From IMG/VR virus record IMGVR_UViG_3300033150_002389: 56,517 nt of DNA; one strand, written 5' to 3'. This DNA is from a virus. Under the pieces are notes generated by a model that made no database searches, was not told the DNA's origin, and saw only the letters and a program-made list of their open reading frames with translations. Below are positions 17,169 through 26,613 of the stretch, in pieces (the stretch's first letter is position 1; every line of letters starts with the position of its first letter). The translations under genes were made by a program, and so were the position numbers.

Positions 17169-18056
17169 CAGTTTTGCGATGTAAAAGATGCAACGCAACA
17201 GGGGCTGAAAAAAGGCGATACGTTCCACTGGAATGTATACAGTGACGTTTCGACACAGGGCACGAAGCTCACTGAAACGAAAACCATGCCCGAAACACAA
17301 TTCACGATCACCCAGGGAACCTTGACCATTGATGAGTATGGCAATAGCGTTCCCTACTCCGGGAAGCTTGATAATCTTTCCGAGCACCCGGTCACGGAGA
17401 TCATCAACAAGGTCCTGAAGAATGACGCAAAGAAGGCCTTTGACATAGCGGCACATGCCCAGTTCAATGCCTGCGTTCTTCGCGTCGTTCCGACGGCTGG
17501 GACGTCTACCACGGCGGTTACTCTGACCACGAACGGAACCGCGACCCTGACCAACGACGTTGCCCTGAAGAAGCAGCACATTGGGCTGGTAGTCGACACC
17601 ATGAAGGAGCGGAACATCCCGCCCTACATTGAGGACGACTACTACGTACTCGCATGGCCGTCCACGTTCCGGCAGCTCAAAACGGACCTTGAGGGCGTCT
17701 ATCAGTATGTGACGCAGGGCTTCCAGCTCATCATGAACGGTGAGATTGGCCGGTACGACAATTGCCGTTTCGTGGAGCAGACCCAGATTCCGAAGGGCGG
17801 AGCGGCGGATTCCACAACCTGGGACGCCGATACGAAAACGGCCGATGCCTGGAACAAGGCCAAGAGCGACTGGGCGTTCTTCTTTGGGGAGGATACGGTC
17901 GCCGAGGCAATTGCGGTTCCCGAGGAGATGCGCGGGAAAATCCCCACAGACTATGGCCGGTCGAAGGGGGTAGCGTGGTATTACCTCGGGGGCTTCGGGA
18001 TCGTCCACACAGCGGCCGCCCAGTGTCGAATCCTCAAATGGGATTCGGCATCATAG
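17169..18056 (+). CDS. major capsid protein, exon 2 (295 codons)
   Basis: ORF track 17166-18056; position after scaffold; splicing would give ...LIKFR-QFCDVKDAT... Confidence 0.6.
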   Translation, partial: QFCDVKDATQQGLKKGDTFHWNVYSDVSTQGTKLTETKTMPETQFTITQGTLTIDEYGNSVPYSGKLDNLSEHPVTEIINKVLKNDAKKAFDIAAHAQFNACVLRVVPTAGTSTTAVTLTTNGTATLTNDVALKKQHIGLVVDTMKERNIPPYIEDDYYVLAWPSTFRQLKTDLEGVYQYVTQGFQLIMNGEIGRYDNCRFVEQTQIPKGGAADSTTWDADTKTADAWNKAKSDWAFFFGEDTVAEAIAVPEEMRGKIPTDYGRSKGVAWYYLGGFGIVHTAAAQCRILKWDSAS

Positions 18057-18074
18057 GAAGGGGGGTGAGGAAAT

Positions 18075-18467
18075 ATGCCAAGTTTCTACGACGACGCACA
18101 ATACGGCGTGAGGGAGAGGCTTTATCTCACCGCACACCAGGCGGAGAAGACGCTGGCCGGGGATAAAACTCTCGTGAAGAGGTTCTACCCCAAGGGTCCG
18201 ATCAAGATCTTGAAGTTTGGGATCCAGCACATCGCGACCCAGGGCGGTACCGAGGTAACAGTTAACCTCAAAAGGAATTCGTCAACGCTGGCTACAGTTG
18301 TTGCCTCCACGGATTCAGCACCGTGGACCATAGCCAGCAAGTCGCTCGACAAGAACTGCGACGCGGGCTCCTATCTCACCGTGGACAGCGCAGGTACCGT
18401 TGCGACAGGATCTATAATCTGTTTCATCGAGTACAGGCGGCGCTACAGCACTAAGTGGGACGTCTAG
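18075..18467 (+). CDS. 130-aa virion-associated protein, paralog 1 (decoration-protein candidate)
   Basis: GGGGGTGAGG SD; about 85 percent aa identity to the next gene. Confidence 0.55.
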   Translation: MPSFYDDAQYGVRERLYLTAHQAEKTLAGDKTLVKRFYPKGPIKILKFGIQHIATQGGTEVTVNLKRNSSTLATVVASTDSAPWTIASKSLDKNCDAGSYLTVDSAGTVATGSIICFIEYRRRYSTKWDV

Positions 18468-18499
18468 CGACGCCATATTCTAAAACTTCGTAAACGAAT

Positions 18500-18526
18500 G
18501 GGGGCTTTCAGGAGCCCCCTTCACTT
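18500..18526 (+). terminator. hairpin GGGGGCT-ttcagg-AGCCCCC followed by T-rich tract; candidate partial terminator
   Basis: perfect 7-bp stem read directly; weak U-tract. Confidence 0.35.
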
Positions 18527-18539
18527 AAAGGGGTGACTT

Positions 18540-18932
18540 ATGCCCTCATTTTATAGTGATGCACAGTATGGCGTTGTTGAGCGCCTTCACTTCCATGCCT
18601 ATCAGGATTCGGTCCTCATAAACGGTGACAACACCCTGGTGAAGAGGTTCTATCCCAAAGGCCCAATCAAGATTTTGAAATTCGGGATCCAGCACCGGGC
18701 AACGCAAGGTGGCACCGAGGTCACGGTCAACTTAAAGCGCAACTCTTCAACGCTCGCAACGGTAGTGGCTTCGACGGACTCGGCGCCCTGGACCATTGCG
18801 AGTAAGTCCATTGACAAGAATGTGGACGCAGGGAGCTATTTGACCATCGACAGCGCCGGTACCGTTGCCAGCGGAAGCATAATTTGCTTCATTGATTACA
18901 GGCGCAGATACAGCTCGAAGTGGGATACCTGA
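18540..18932 (+). CDS. 130-aa virion-associated protein, paralog 2
   Basis: tandem paralog; protein conserved while synonymous sites have diverged. Confidence 0.55.
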   Translation: MPSFYSDAQYGVVERLHFHAYQDSVLINGDNTLVKRFYPKGPIKILKFGIQHRATQGGTEVTVNLKRNSSTLATVVASTDSAPWTIASKSIDKNVDAGSYLTIDSAGTVASGSIICFIDYRRRYSSKWDT

Positions 18933-18955
18933 TCTGAAAGGGAGTTCTCTGTAAT

Positions 18956-19996
18956 ATGAAAATCGTCGAGATCGCGCGGCACTGTTGCATCAGAGTCCAA
19001 AAGCAAGCAATTCCGCTCATGGATAAGGGTTACGAGGTTCATTGCATCGCAAACAAGCCTCCAATGTTTGGCGACCGATATAAGACGCTTACCATCTACC
19101 AGCACAGGGCGCAGATGGAGGAGGCGATCAAGCTTCACGAGGATGCCGACATCTTCCACGCGCATAACGAGCCCTCGTGGTTCGTTACGATCATCAAGTC
19201 AATTTTCCCTGATAAGCCCGTTGTCCTTGATTGCCACGACAGCTTCCTTCTGAGGGTAGACCCGGATGCGCCTTACGACCCCGACAGACCTAAATGGAGC
19301 AAGGATGAGCGCGACAATATGGAGCTTGCGGATGCACTTGTCTTCGTCTCAGAGCCGATGGCGCAGATTGTCCGGGAGACCTACTGGCTAGAGCAACCTT
19401 ATGTAGTCCTCCCTTCGTATGTTCCAGAGGAGTTTTACAGGGTGGACGCCTGGAAGCTGCTCGGAGGAGTCTGCATGGAAGGAAGGGTTGATCTCCCCCA
19501 GGAAATCGAGCAGGGCAGGGAACACTGGTGCTTTTGGTATTGCGAATATACGGAGACCGCGCGGCAATTCCATGAGCGAGGAATCCCGTTCTATCTCTAC
19601 ACGCCTGGAGGGACGAAGGAGATACAGGAAACATACGGCCAGACAGCAACCTGGAAGGGATCGTATCCATTTGATCGGCTAATTCGTCAGATAGGCCGGC
19701 ATGAATACGGGTTGTGCGGGAATATCAGGCCTCACCCTGCCTGGCAGGCCGCTATGCCCAATAAGCTGTTTGAATACCTCGCCGCTGGCATACCCGTCAT
19801 CGCCCTAAATGCGAAGCACCCGGGCCAGTTCATTGAAGAGCACGGTTTCGGTATGGCGGTAGAAAACATGGGCCAGGTGAAAGAGCGCTGGATGGAGCAC
19901 CGGGATTTTAGGAAGAACATCGCTAGGCGCTCCAGAGACTGGGCTATGGAACGCCATATAGACAAACTCGAAGCGCTTTACAGGGAGCTTGTCTAA
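18956..19996 (+). CDS. GT-B fold glycosyltransferase (GT1/GT4-like)
   Basis: C-terminal PNKLFEYLAAGIPVIALNAKHPGQFIEEHGFG matches the E-x7-E family motif. Confidence 0.6.
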   Translation: MKIVEIARHCCIRVQKQAIPLMDKGYEVHCIANKPPMFGDRYKTLTIYQHRAQMEEAIKLHEDADIFHAHNEPSWFVTIIKSIFPDKPVVLDCHDSFLLRVDPDAPYDPDRPKWSKDERDNMELADALVFVSEPMAQIVRETYWLEQPYVVLPSYVPEEFYRVDAWKLLGGVCMEGRVDLPQEIEQGREHWCFWYCEYTETARQFHERGIPFYLYTPGGTKEIQETYGQTATWKGSYPFDRLIRQIGRHEYGLCGNIRPHPAWQAAMPNKLFEYLAAGIPVIALNAKHPGQFIEEHGFGMAVENMGQVKERWMEHRDFRKNIARRSRDWAMERHIDKLEALYRELV

Positions 19997-20619
19997 TGGG
20001 GCAGCATCCCTTGCAGCCAAAACGTACCCCAAGAGATGTCTGTTACTGGGACCTATTCGCGAAGACATGCGTCAATCGAGACACGTCTCATGTCTCATTC
20101 AATTCTCAGAAGGCCCGCACGATTTCGCATTACCTGCTGCGCTACTCTGTGGAAAACCTGAAGATACTGGAAATTGGCCTAGGCCGAGCCCTTATCGCTG
20201 GGACGTTGAAGAACCTCTGCTGGCAGTTCAATTATGTGGGTACGGACCTTTCTCACCGATTTTGTGACTGGGGAAAAAAGGCCTTTGGCCTGACGACCCT
20301 TCAGGCGCGGATAGATCGCCTGCCCTTTAGGGATGGGCTTTTTGATCACATACTTCTCTTCGACGTCCTCGAGCACGTGGACCCTGCAATCAGGAAGGTT
20401 GCCTACAGGGAAATAGGCAGAGTACTCAAGCTTCGTGAAGCCTATGTATTTATCAACAACCCTTGCGGCGGGCACTCCGGGCACCGGTCCTTTGATTGGG
20501 GATTTACCCAAACCGATATTGGCCTTATGGCCGATGCGCTTGGGGCGCTGATAAAGGACCTGCACCTTTACGAGTCCTCCCCTGGGGCGCTGTCTCAATT
20601 CGTGGTGCTTGCGAGGTAA
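19996..20619 (+). CDS. class I SAM-dependent methyltransferase
   Basis: motif I-like ILEIGLGRALIAG and motif II-like FDHILLFDVLEHV. Confidence 0.6.
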   Translation: MGQHPLQPKRTPRDVCYWDLFAKTCVNRDTSHVSFNSQKARTISHYLLRYSVENLKILEIGLGRALIAGTLKNLCWQFNYVGTDLSHRFCDWGKKAFGLTTLQARIDRLPFRDGLFDHILLFDVLEHVDPAIRKVAYREIGRVLKLREAYVFINNPCGGHSGHRSFDWGFTQTDIGLMADALGALIKDLHLYESSPGALSQFVVLAR

Positions 20620-20625
20620 GGGACG

Positions 20626-21546
20626 ATGAAGGCGCTATTACACTACCCTAAATGGGGGAATCGCTGGGCTCCGTACATTGAAACGGAACTCGGGTGCTTC
20701 TACGACCTCACTGTAACGGACTCCCTTGATGGCGAAACTCTCGGCGCCCAATCACAAGATGCGGATCTCCTTATCAGCATGTGGTGCAATGAGGCAACCT
20801 ATTTTTGGAGCCACTACTTCCCGGACAAGAAAATTATCAGCTACCTCCGGCGATATGAGCTCTGGACCCCCAATTTGATAGGCTCGATCAACTTTGATGC
20901 AGTAGATGCCATGATTTTTGTGAGTGAATATTACCGCTCCACATTCAATGATTTGCTGAAGGAAAACGCCCCACGTCGCCAATACGTCATCTACAACGGG
21001 GTTGATGTCAATGCAATTCCTTTCAGGCAAGAGACCCCAAAGAGCAAGAAAATAGCCTTTGTCTGCGCGGTAAGGGACGTGAAGAACTTTCCGCTTGCGT
21101 TCCAGATTCTGCTCAGTTTGCCGGAGGATTACACCATACACAATATTTGCTTCTCCGGTGATCCCCTACTCGTGCCCCAGCTTCTCTCCTATCGGGAGGT
21201 CTTGGGTCTGCAAGAGAGGTTTCGCTTTGAGGGCCGCGTAGAGCCTGACAAGGTGTATGACTGGTTGAGCGACAAAGGTTTTATTCTTTCAACGTCTATC
21301 AACGAAGGCAACCCCAACAACGTCATCGAGGCGATGGCAATGGGGATCAAGCCCGTAATTCATGCGTGGCCTGGGGCTACGGACCAGTTCGCTACGGAGT
21401 GGGTATTCAAAACGGTAGATGACGCGGTTAAGATGATTACCAACTCCGATTACGAGCCGGAACGTTACCGTAAATGGGTGGAAGATCACTACAGCCTCGA
21501 TAATTTCAGGAGAATCCACAAGGTCATAGAGGATGTCTGGCAATAG
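20626..21546 (+). CDS. GT-B fold glycosyltransferase (GT1/GT4-like)
   Basis: STSINEGNPNNVIEAMAMGIKPVI motif. Confidence 0.55.
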   Translation: MKALLHYPKWGNRWAPYIETELGCFYDLTVTDSLDGETLGAQSQDADLLISMWCNEATYFWSHYFPDKKIISYLRRYELWTPNLIGSINFDAVDAMIFVSEYYRSTFNDLLKENAPRRQYVIYNGVDVNAIPFRQETPKSKKIAFVCAVRDVKNFPLAFQILLSLPEDYTIHNICFSGDPLLVPQLLSYREVLGLQERFRFEGRVEPDKVYDWLSDKGFILSTSINEGNPNNVIEAMAMGIKPVIHAWPGATDQFATEWVFKTVDDAVKMITNSDYEPERYRKWVEDHYSLDNFRRIHKVIEDVWQ

Positions 21547-22239
21547 GTGAGGCTCATGCCACATACAATCTCAGTATCTTTAGGCCCGGAGTGGATCAAA
21601 AAGGCCATAGTGGTCAGTCATGAGCGGTCAGGGACACACTTTTTGATGAACACCCTAGCCGACAGTTTTCAATATGTCTCATATCCGTGGATTAACATGG
21701 ACATAGACCAGCCAATAAATTGGTGGGCGGCGGATAATCTGCTCTCGTTTCTGATGTCTATGAAAGGCGAGCCAGTCCTTAACATCGTAAAATCTCACCA
21801 TTCAGTAGAGTTTTTCCTCCCCGTGCTTGAGGAGGTTCTGGAAGAATTTCATCTCTTCTACATATACCGCGAACCTCAGGCCGTGATGGAAAGTTTGTGC
21901 AGGCACCTCAATGCCATCCCGTGGAACGCAGGACCGAAAGTGGAGAGCGGCGCTGCTTTGGCTGCTACTGAGCCCTCTGGTTCCCTTTTGAGATACCAGG
22001 CACGGCAGTACCCGAATATGCGGGAGCGCCTCTTAGCGCATCAAAAAGGCTGGAAAGAGGGTATTCCCGAGCACCTGAGAGGACAGATAATCTATGTGTC
22101 ATTCGAGGACCTGCGGGACCGCTTTGAGGCAACGGTGCGTTTCATCGGGCGACAGTTAAAAAGGGCCGTGCCCAAAGTAATAATCAAGCCAAGCCGGGAG
22201 GACAGGGTCGTTACTCCGGACGGCGTCTGGCTTCAATAA
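21547..22239 (+). CDS. sulfotransferase-fold protein (putative PAPS-dependent)
   Basis: 5'-PSB-like VVSHERSGTHFL and 3'-PB-like YREPQAVMES motifs. Confidence 0.45.
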   Translation: MRLMPHTISVSLGPEWIKKAIVVSHERSGTHFLMNTLADSFQYVSYPWINMDIDQPINWWAADNLLSFLMSMKGEPVLNIVKSHHSVEFFLPVLEEVLEEFHLFYIYREPQAVMESLCRHLNAIPWNAGPKVESGAALAATEPSGSLLRYQARQYPNMRERLLAHQKGWKEGIPEHLRGQIIYVSFEDLRDRFEATVRFIGRQLKRAVPKVIIKPSREDRVVTPDGVWLQ

Positions 22240-22257
22240 GAAGAAAGGAGACGAATC

Positions 22258-22455
22258 ATGGCAGATAAAGACAGCTTCAAGCATGTCGAGAACTCTGGAG
22301 TCAGTCAGCGGGATCTTGACAGAGGGTTCACGGATGCGTTGGTCACAGACGAGGAGCAGGGCCGGCGCGTCTACCCTGGAGGCTATGTCGGGGAGGACCC
22401 GGAAGAAATGCCAGCAGAAGGCTTTTTGGGGAGGGCTAAAGGATGGGAACGTTAA
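22258..22455 (+). CDS. hypothetical small protein
   Basis: ORF track. Confidence 0.3.
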   Translation: MADKDSFKHVENSGVSQRDLDRGFTDALVTDEEQGRRVYPGGYVGEDPEEMPAEGFLGRAKGWER

Positions 22456-22823
22456 ACAAATCAAGGCCATACGCGACGGTTTACGGCCAAGCGGGGCACG
22501 CCTATGAACAGGACGGCAAACTCTTTGACCATCATGGGAACGAAATAGGCGGCCCGACACCGGTTGGATCTCCCGGGCCGGTGGTTGAGCAGCGAGAACC
22601 GGCCAATGAGGCGGTAGCGCCTGCGCCTGAGGAACCACAGCTCAACGAATTGGATGCCGTCATTGAGGAGGCCAATGCTCAGGTGCCGGCACACGAGCTC
22701 ACTCGTAAAGAGATCATGGAAAAGCTTGATGCTCTTGACATCGCTTACGACAGGCGGGCCAGGAGGTCGGTCCTCCTTCGCAAACTACTTGAGGCTGAGG
22801 CAGATCAATTCAAGGAAGCATAG
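22443..22823 (+). CDS. hypothetical protein with Rho_N/SAP-like C-terminus
   Basis: HELTRKEIMEKLDALDIAYDRRARRSVLLRKL. Confidence 0.4.
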   Translation: MGTLNKSRPYATVYGQAGHAYEQDGKLFDHHGNEIGGPTPVGSPGPVVEQREPANEAVAPAPEEPQLNELDAVIEEANAQVPAHELTRKEIMEKLDALDIAYDRRARRSVLLRKLLEAEADQFKEA

Positions 22824-24311
22824 ATGCTTGATATCTTTAAGCCCCAGAACGTAAGAGCCCTTGAGGTCAAGTATGAGCTCGTGCCCTATACCAAAGGCGT
22901 GGTCCTTGACCTTGGCTGCGGCCCCTGGAAGACCTATCCCCACTTCATAGGCATAGACCTATGTCAGAACTGGCCTCCTCATATTCCGTGGAGGCCGGAT
23001 ATTGTGGCCGACTGCAGAAGCCTTTCCATGTTCGCTGGCCAGTCTGTGGATGCAGTTTTTTCGTCTCACCTCCTCAATGAGTTGGATGACCGGGCTGCCG
23101 TGCTCAAGGAGTGGTGGAGGGTGATAAAGCCGGGAGGACATCTCGTTCTCTACTTGCCTTATGGCGACCTCAGCGAGAAGGGCGTTGTCCATAGCATGGA
23201 AGCTATCCCTGGGGGATGGGATCTGGTTGTCAACGAAGTCAAGCCAGACCATAACTCGTTCCTGCAGGTCTACAGGAAGCGAAGCGATAAGGCCAAGCGC
23301 TACCCCTACCGGGATCTAAAGCCCGAGAAAATGTGCGCAGTGGTACGCTACGGTGGCGCCGGGGACATGATCCAGACATCAAGCGTTCTGCCAGAGCTCA
23401 AGAAACAGGGATACCACGTTACACTTTACACCTCAGAGGGGGGATACGAGGTCATAAAAGCGGACCCTCACGTTGACGAGTTCGTGGTCCAGCAAAGGGA
23501 GCAGGTGCCGAATAGGGAGCTTGGCGAATACTGGGGCGTGCTCAAAGGCAAATATACGAAATTCGTAAACCTCAGCGAGTCCGTGGAGGGCTCCCTCCTG
23601 GCTATGGAGGGAAGGACCATATTTGCGTGGCCACACGGAGCCCGGCATAAGGTCCTCAACTTCAACTACCTTGAAATCATGCACGACATTGCTGAAGTGC
23701 CCTTCCAAATTCACACAAGGTTCTACGCAACGAAGCAGGAAATAAAGTGGGCAAAGAGGCAGCGCAAAATGCCCTATAATCTACTGTGGGTTTTATCTGG
23801 CAGCTCGGTTCACAAAGCCTGGCCCTACATGGACCAGATCATTGCAAGGCTCCTGATTGAGCGAAACGACGTGGCCATAGTCCTCTCAGGCGACGAGCTA
23901 TCCCAAATGCTGGAAACTGGCTGGGAAAACGAGCCGAGGGTGATAAAGACCTCTGGCAAATGGTCTATGAGGCAGACTATGGCCTTTGGATGCCACGCCG
24001 CCGATCTGGTCATCGGACCGGAAACCGGAGTGCTCAACGCAGTTAGCATGCTTGACATACCGAAAATCATTTGCCTGAGTCACAGCTCAGTCGAAAACCT
24101 CACGAGAGACTGGGTCAACACGATAAGTTTAACCCCGGAGGGATGTACTTGTTACCCCTGCCACAGAATGCAGCACGGCTTTACCCACTGCTCAAGGGAT
24201 GAGGAGACAGGCGTCGCAGAGTGCCAAGCGAAGATCACCCCGGAAGCCGTGTGGGACGCAATTGAAAGGAGCTTTAAATGGCATCGTCCGGCTCTGCAGA
24301 TTATACGGTAA
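22824..24311 (+). CDS. bifunctional SAM methyltransferase / GT9 (heptosyltransferase-like) glycosyltransferase
   Basis: N-terminal VLDLGCGPWKT and LKPGGHLVL; C-terminal GSSVHKAWP and CHAADLVIGPETGVLNAV GT9-like motifs. Confidence 0.55.
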   Translation: MLDIFKPQNVRALEVKYELVPYTKGVVLDLGCGPWKTYPHFIGIDLCQNWPPHIPWRPDIVADCRSLSMFAGQSVDAVFSSHLLNELDDRAAVLKEWWRVIKPGGHLVLYLPYGDLSEKGVVHSMEAIPGGWDLVVNEVKPDHNSFLQVYRKRSDKAKRYPYRDLKPEKMCAVVRYGGAGDMIQTSSVLPELKKQGYHVTLYTSEGGYEVIKADPHVDEFVVQQREQVPNRELGEYWGVLKGKYTKFVNLSESVEGSLLAMEGRTIFAWPHGARHKVLNFNYLEIMHDIAEVPFQIHTRFYATKQEIKWAKRQRKMPYNLLWVLSGSSVHKAWPYMDQIIARLLIERNDVAIVLSGDELSQMLETGWENEPRVIKTSGKWSMRQTMAFGCHAADLVIGPETGVLNAVSMLDIPKIICLSHSSVENLTRDWVNTISLTPEGCTCYPCHRMQHGFTHCSRDEETGVAECQAKITPEAVWDAIERSFKWHRPALQIIR

Positions 24312-25219
24312 CCGCCAGTCAACTTATCCAAGACGCGCTTGAAGAGCTCGGGGTGGTTGGTGCAGGGCAAACCGTATCGGCGGAAGACTCGGCAACTGCG
24401 TTGCGCGCCCTGAATCTCCTTGTCAAGCAGTGGATGGGTCCCGGGAGCCCTGTCACGCCGGGTCTCAAAATGTGGAAACGGCGGCAACTCACTTTGGACC
24501 TAACATCTACCGACAAGTATGCCCTGCAAATTCGACGCCTAGCCTTCACCTCGGGGGGCACGACGGCCATTGCGGTAGGGGACACCATTGCTGGTGCAAC
24601 CTCCAGCGCAACTGCAAAAGTCATGGCGGTAGAGGTGACATCTGGCAGCTGGGCTGGTGGCGATGCGGCCGGCGAGCTCATAATTGAGGGCCAATCCGGG
24701 ACCTTTCAATCAGAAAATCTGAACGTTGGAGCAAGCTCCAACCTTGCGACAATATCCGGGAACAGCGAACAGTACGGGCCACCAACGGAAATCATGGACC
24801 CCCTAAGGCGTACCTCTGATGGCGAAGATACTCCCATGGATATCATATCCCAAGCTGAATACATGGGAATTGGCGATAAGGACGCAAGCGGCACCCCGAC
24901 TAAGATTTACTACGAAAAAAGGATTGACGAGCTGAGGATCTATCTCAACGCCACTCCGAGCGTCACTACAGACAGCATTGTGTTCGTGGCTCTACTTCCG
25001 ATAGAGGATTTTGATAGCACTAAGGACAATCCTGACTTTACACGTGAATGGCACAGAACGCTGAAGTGGAACCTGGCCAAGGAGCTACTCGCAAAGTTCC
25101 CGAGTAGCAAGGACAGGGCCGCAGTAATCATTGCGCACGCCAACGAATCCTTGGGTATAGCCAATATGTTTGAACCGGAGAACTCGGACGTCTACTTTGA
25201 GCCGGACAAAGACTTATGA
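24278..25219 (+). CDS. virion structural protein (head-tail adaptor or tail tube candidate)
   Basis: position in late operon. Confidence 0.4.
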   Translation: MASSGSADYTVTASQLIQDALEELGVVGAGQTVSAEDSATALRALNLLVKQWMGPGSPVTPGLKMWKRRQLTLDLTSTDKYALQIRRLAFTSGGTTAIAVGDTIAGATSSATAKVMAVEVTSGSWAGGDAAGELIIEGQSGTFQSENLNVGASSNLATISGNSEQYGPPTEIMDPLRRTSDGEDTPMDIISQAEYMGIGDKDASGTPTKIYYEKRIDELRIYLNATPSVTTDSIVFVALLPIEDFDSTKDNPDFTREWHRTLKWNLAKELLAKFPSSKDRAAVIIAHANESLGIANMFEPENSDVYFEPDKDL

Positions 25220-26610
25220 ACTTGCCACTTTTACACGAACTGCCAGGCGAAGGCGTTTATCCCATCAATCTGTTCTGGATGCCAGAACTTGACGACGGAC
25301 GTCCCGGACTGATGGGGACCCCGGGCCTCACGCTCTTTAGAGTGATCGACAGCGGGGGCGGAGAGATCCGCGGCATGTGGGATATGGACGGGTACCTCTA
25401 TATCGTCTGCAAGTCCTCCGTATACCGGTACATAGACGGCACGCTGACAACATGCACCGGGTCGCTGCTAACCTCAAGTGGCCGGGTCTCAATGGTGGAC
25501 AACGGGACACAGCTGATGATCATCGACGGCACCTATGGCTACTATGTTACCGGAACCACAGTTACCCAAATTACAGATGCCGACTTCCCCACACCTTCAT
25601 CCCTTGCCTTCCAGGACGGTTACGGCGTCGTCACGCAGGATGGGACCGGACGAATCTATATATCAGCCCTCAATGACTTTTCCACGTGGGACGCCCTGGA
25701 TTATTCCACCGCAGACGGAGAGCCTGATGATGCATTGGCGGTTATTTCCGATCACCGGGAGCTCTGGGTGTTTGGCGAAGAAAGCATCGAGCCCTACTAC
25801 AATTCCGGTAACGCGGATTTTCCCTTCGAGCGAATTTCCGGCGGCTATCAAACAAAAGGGATTGCTGCCGCAAAATCGTTAACTGCAGGCGACAACACCC
25901 TCTTTTGGCTATCCAATCACCGGCAGGTTTTGAGGTCAACTGGCCTGGGGTCTGCACCCGAGATCGTGTCTACCCGGCAGCTTGACAAGAAATTTGCAGC
26001 TTACAATACCGTCTCCGACGCCTTCGGCTTCTGCCTCGATACGGTCGGCGGCACTTGGTATGTGCTTGCCTTTCCAACCGAAAACGTCACCTGGGCCTAC
26101 AATACTGCCACCAAGCGCTGGCATCAATGGGCAAGCTATCCTATCACCGGAGATACCAATATTCGTCATCGAGCGAACTGTTACTGCTACCATGCGGGAA
26201 ACCACCTCATTGGAGACTATGATAACGGCAGAATCTATGAGGTGGATCCGTCCAGCTACACTGACTATGGAAATGCCATAAAATCCCAGGTGATCTTGCC
26301 CACCGTCACGAGAGATGGTAGGCAGATTTACCACAACCGGCTTGAGGTAGAATTCAAGGCAGGCGTCGGGCTCGCTACCGGGCAAGGCAGTGATCCCAAA
26401 GCTGTGCTGGATTGGTCCGACAATGGCATGAGGTCCTGGTCCAACGAGCTCTGGCGCAGTATCGGAAAGATCGGCGAGTATACCCGGCGCGTCACCTGGC
26501 ACCGCTTGGGTATGGCGAGGCGCAGGAACTACCGCCTCACGATAACAGATCCTGTTGAGAGGGTCATCTATAACCCCGCCGTCTTGGACCTCAATGTTGG
26601 TGGATACTGA
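25216..26610 (+). CDS. virion structural protein (tail hub candidate, similar size to P22 gp10)
   Basis: 464 aa, Gly/Thr/Tyr-rich beta-type composition; position. Confidence 0.4.
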   Translation: MNLPLLHELPGEGVYPINLFWMPELDDGRPGLMGTPGLTLFRVIDSGGGEIRGMWDMDGYLYIVCKSSVYRYIDGTLTTCTGSLLTSSGRVSMVDNGTQLMIIDGTYGYYVTGTTVTQITDADFPTPSSLAFQDGYGVVTQDGTGRIYISALNDFSTWDALDYSTADGEPDDALAVISDHRELWVFGEESIEPYYNSGNADFPFERISGGYQTKGIAAAKSLTAGDNTLFWLSNHRQVLRSTGLGSAPEIVSTRQLDKKFAAYNTVSDAFGFCLDTVGGTWYVLAFPTENVTWAYNTATKRWHQWASYPITGDTNIRHRANCYCYHAGNHLIGDYDNGRIYEVDPSSYTDYGNAIKSQVILPTVTRDGRQIYHNRLEVEFKAGVGLATGQGSDPKAVLDWSDNGMRSWSNELWRSIGKIGEYTRRVTWHRLGMARRRNYRLTITDPVERVIYNPAVLDLNVGGY

Positions 26611-26613
26611 TTC

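Noticed and set aside
17121-18008. 295-aa minus-strand ORF opposite the major capsid gene
   Set aside because: Antisense to the capsid exon 2; low-complexity Arg/Gly/Leu-rich translation.
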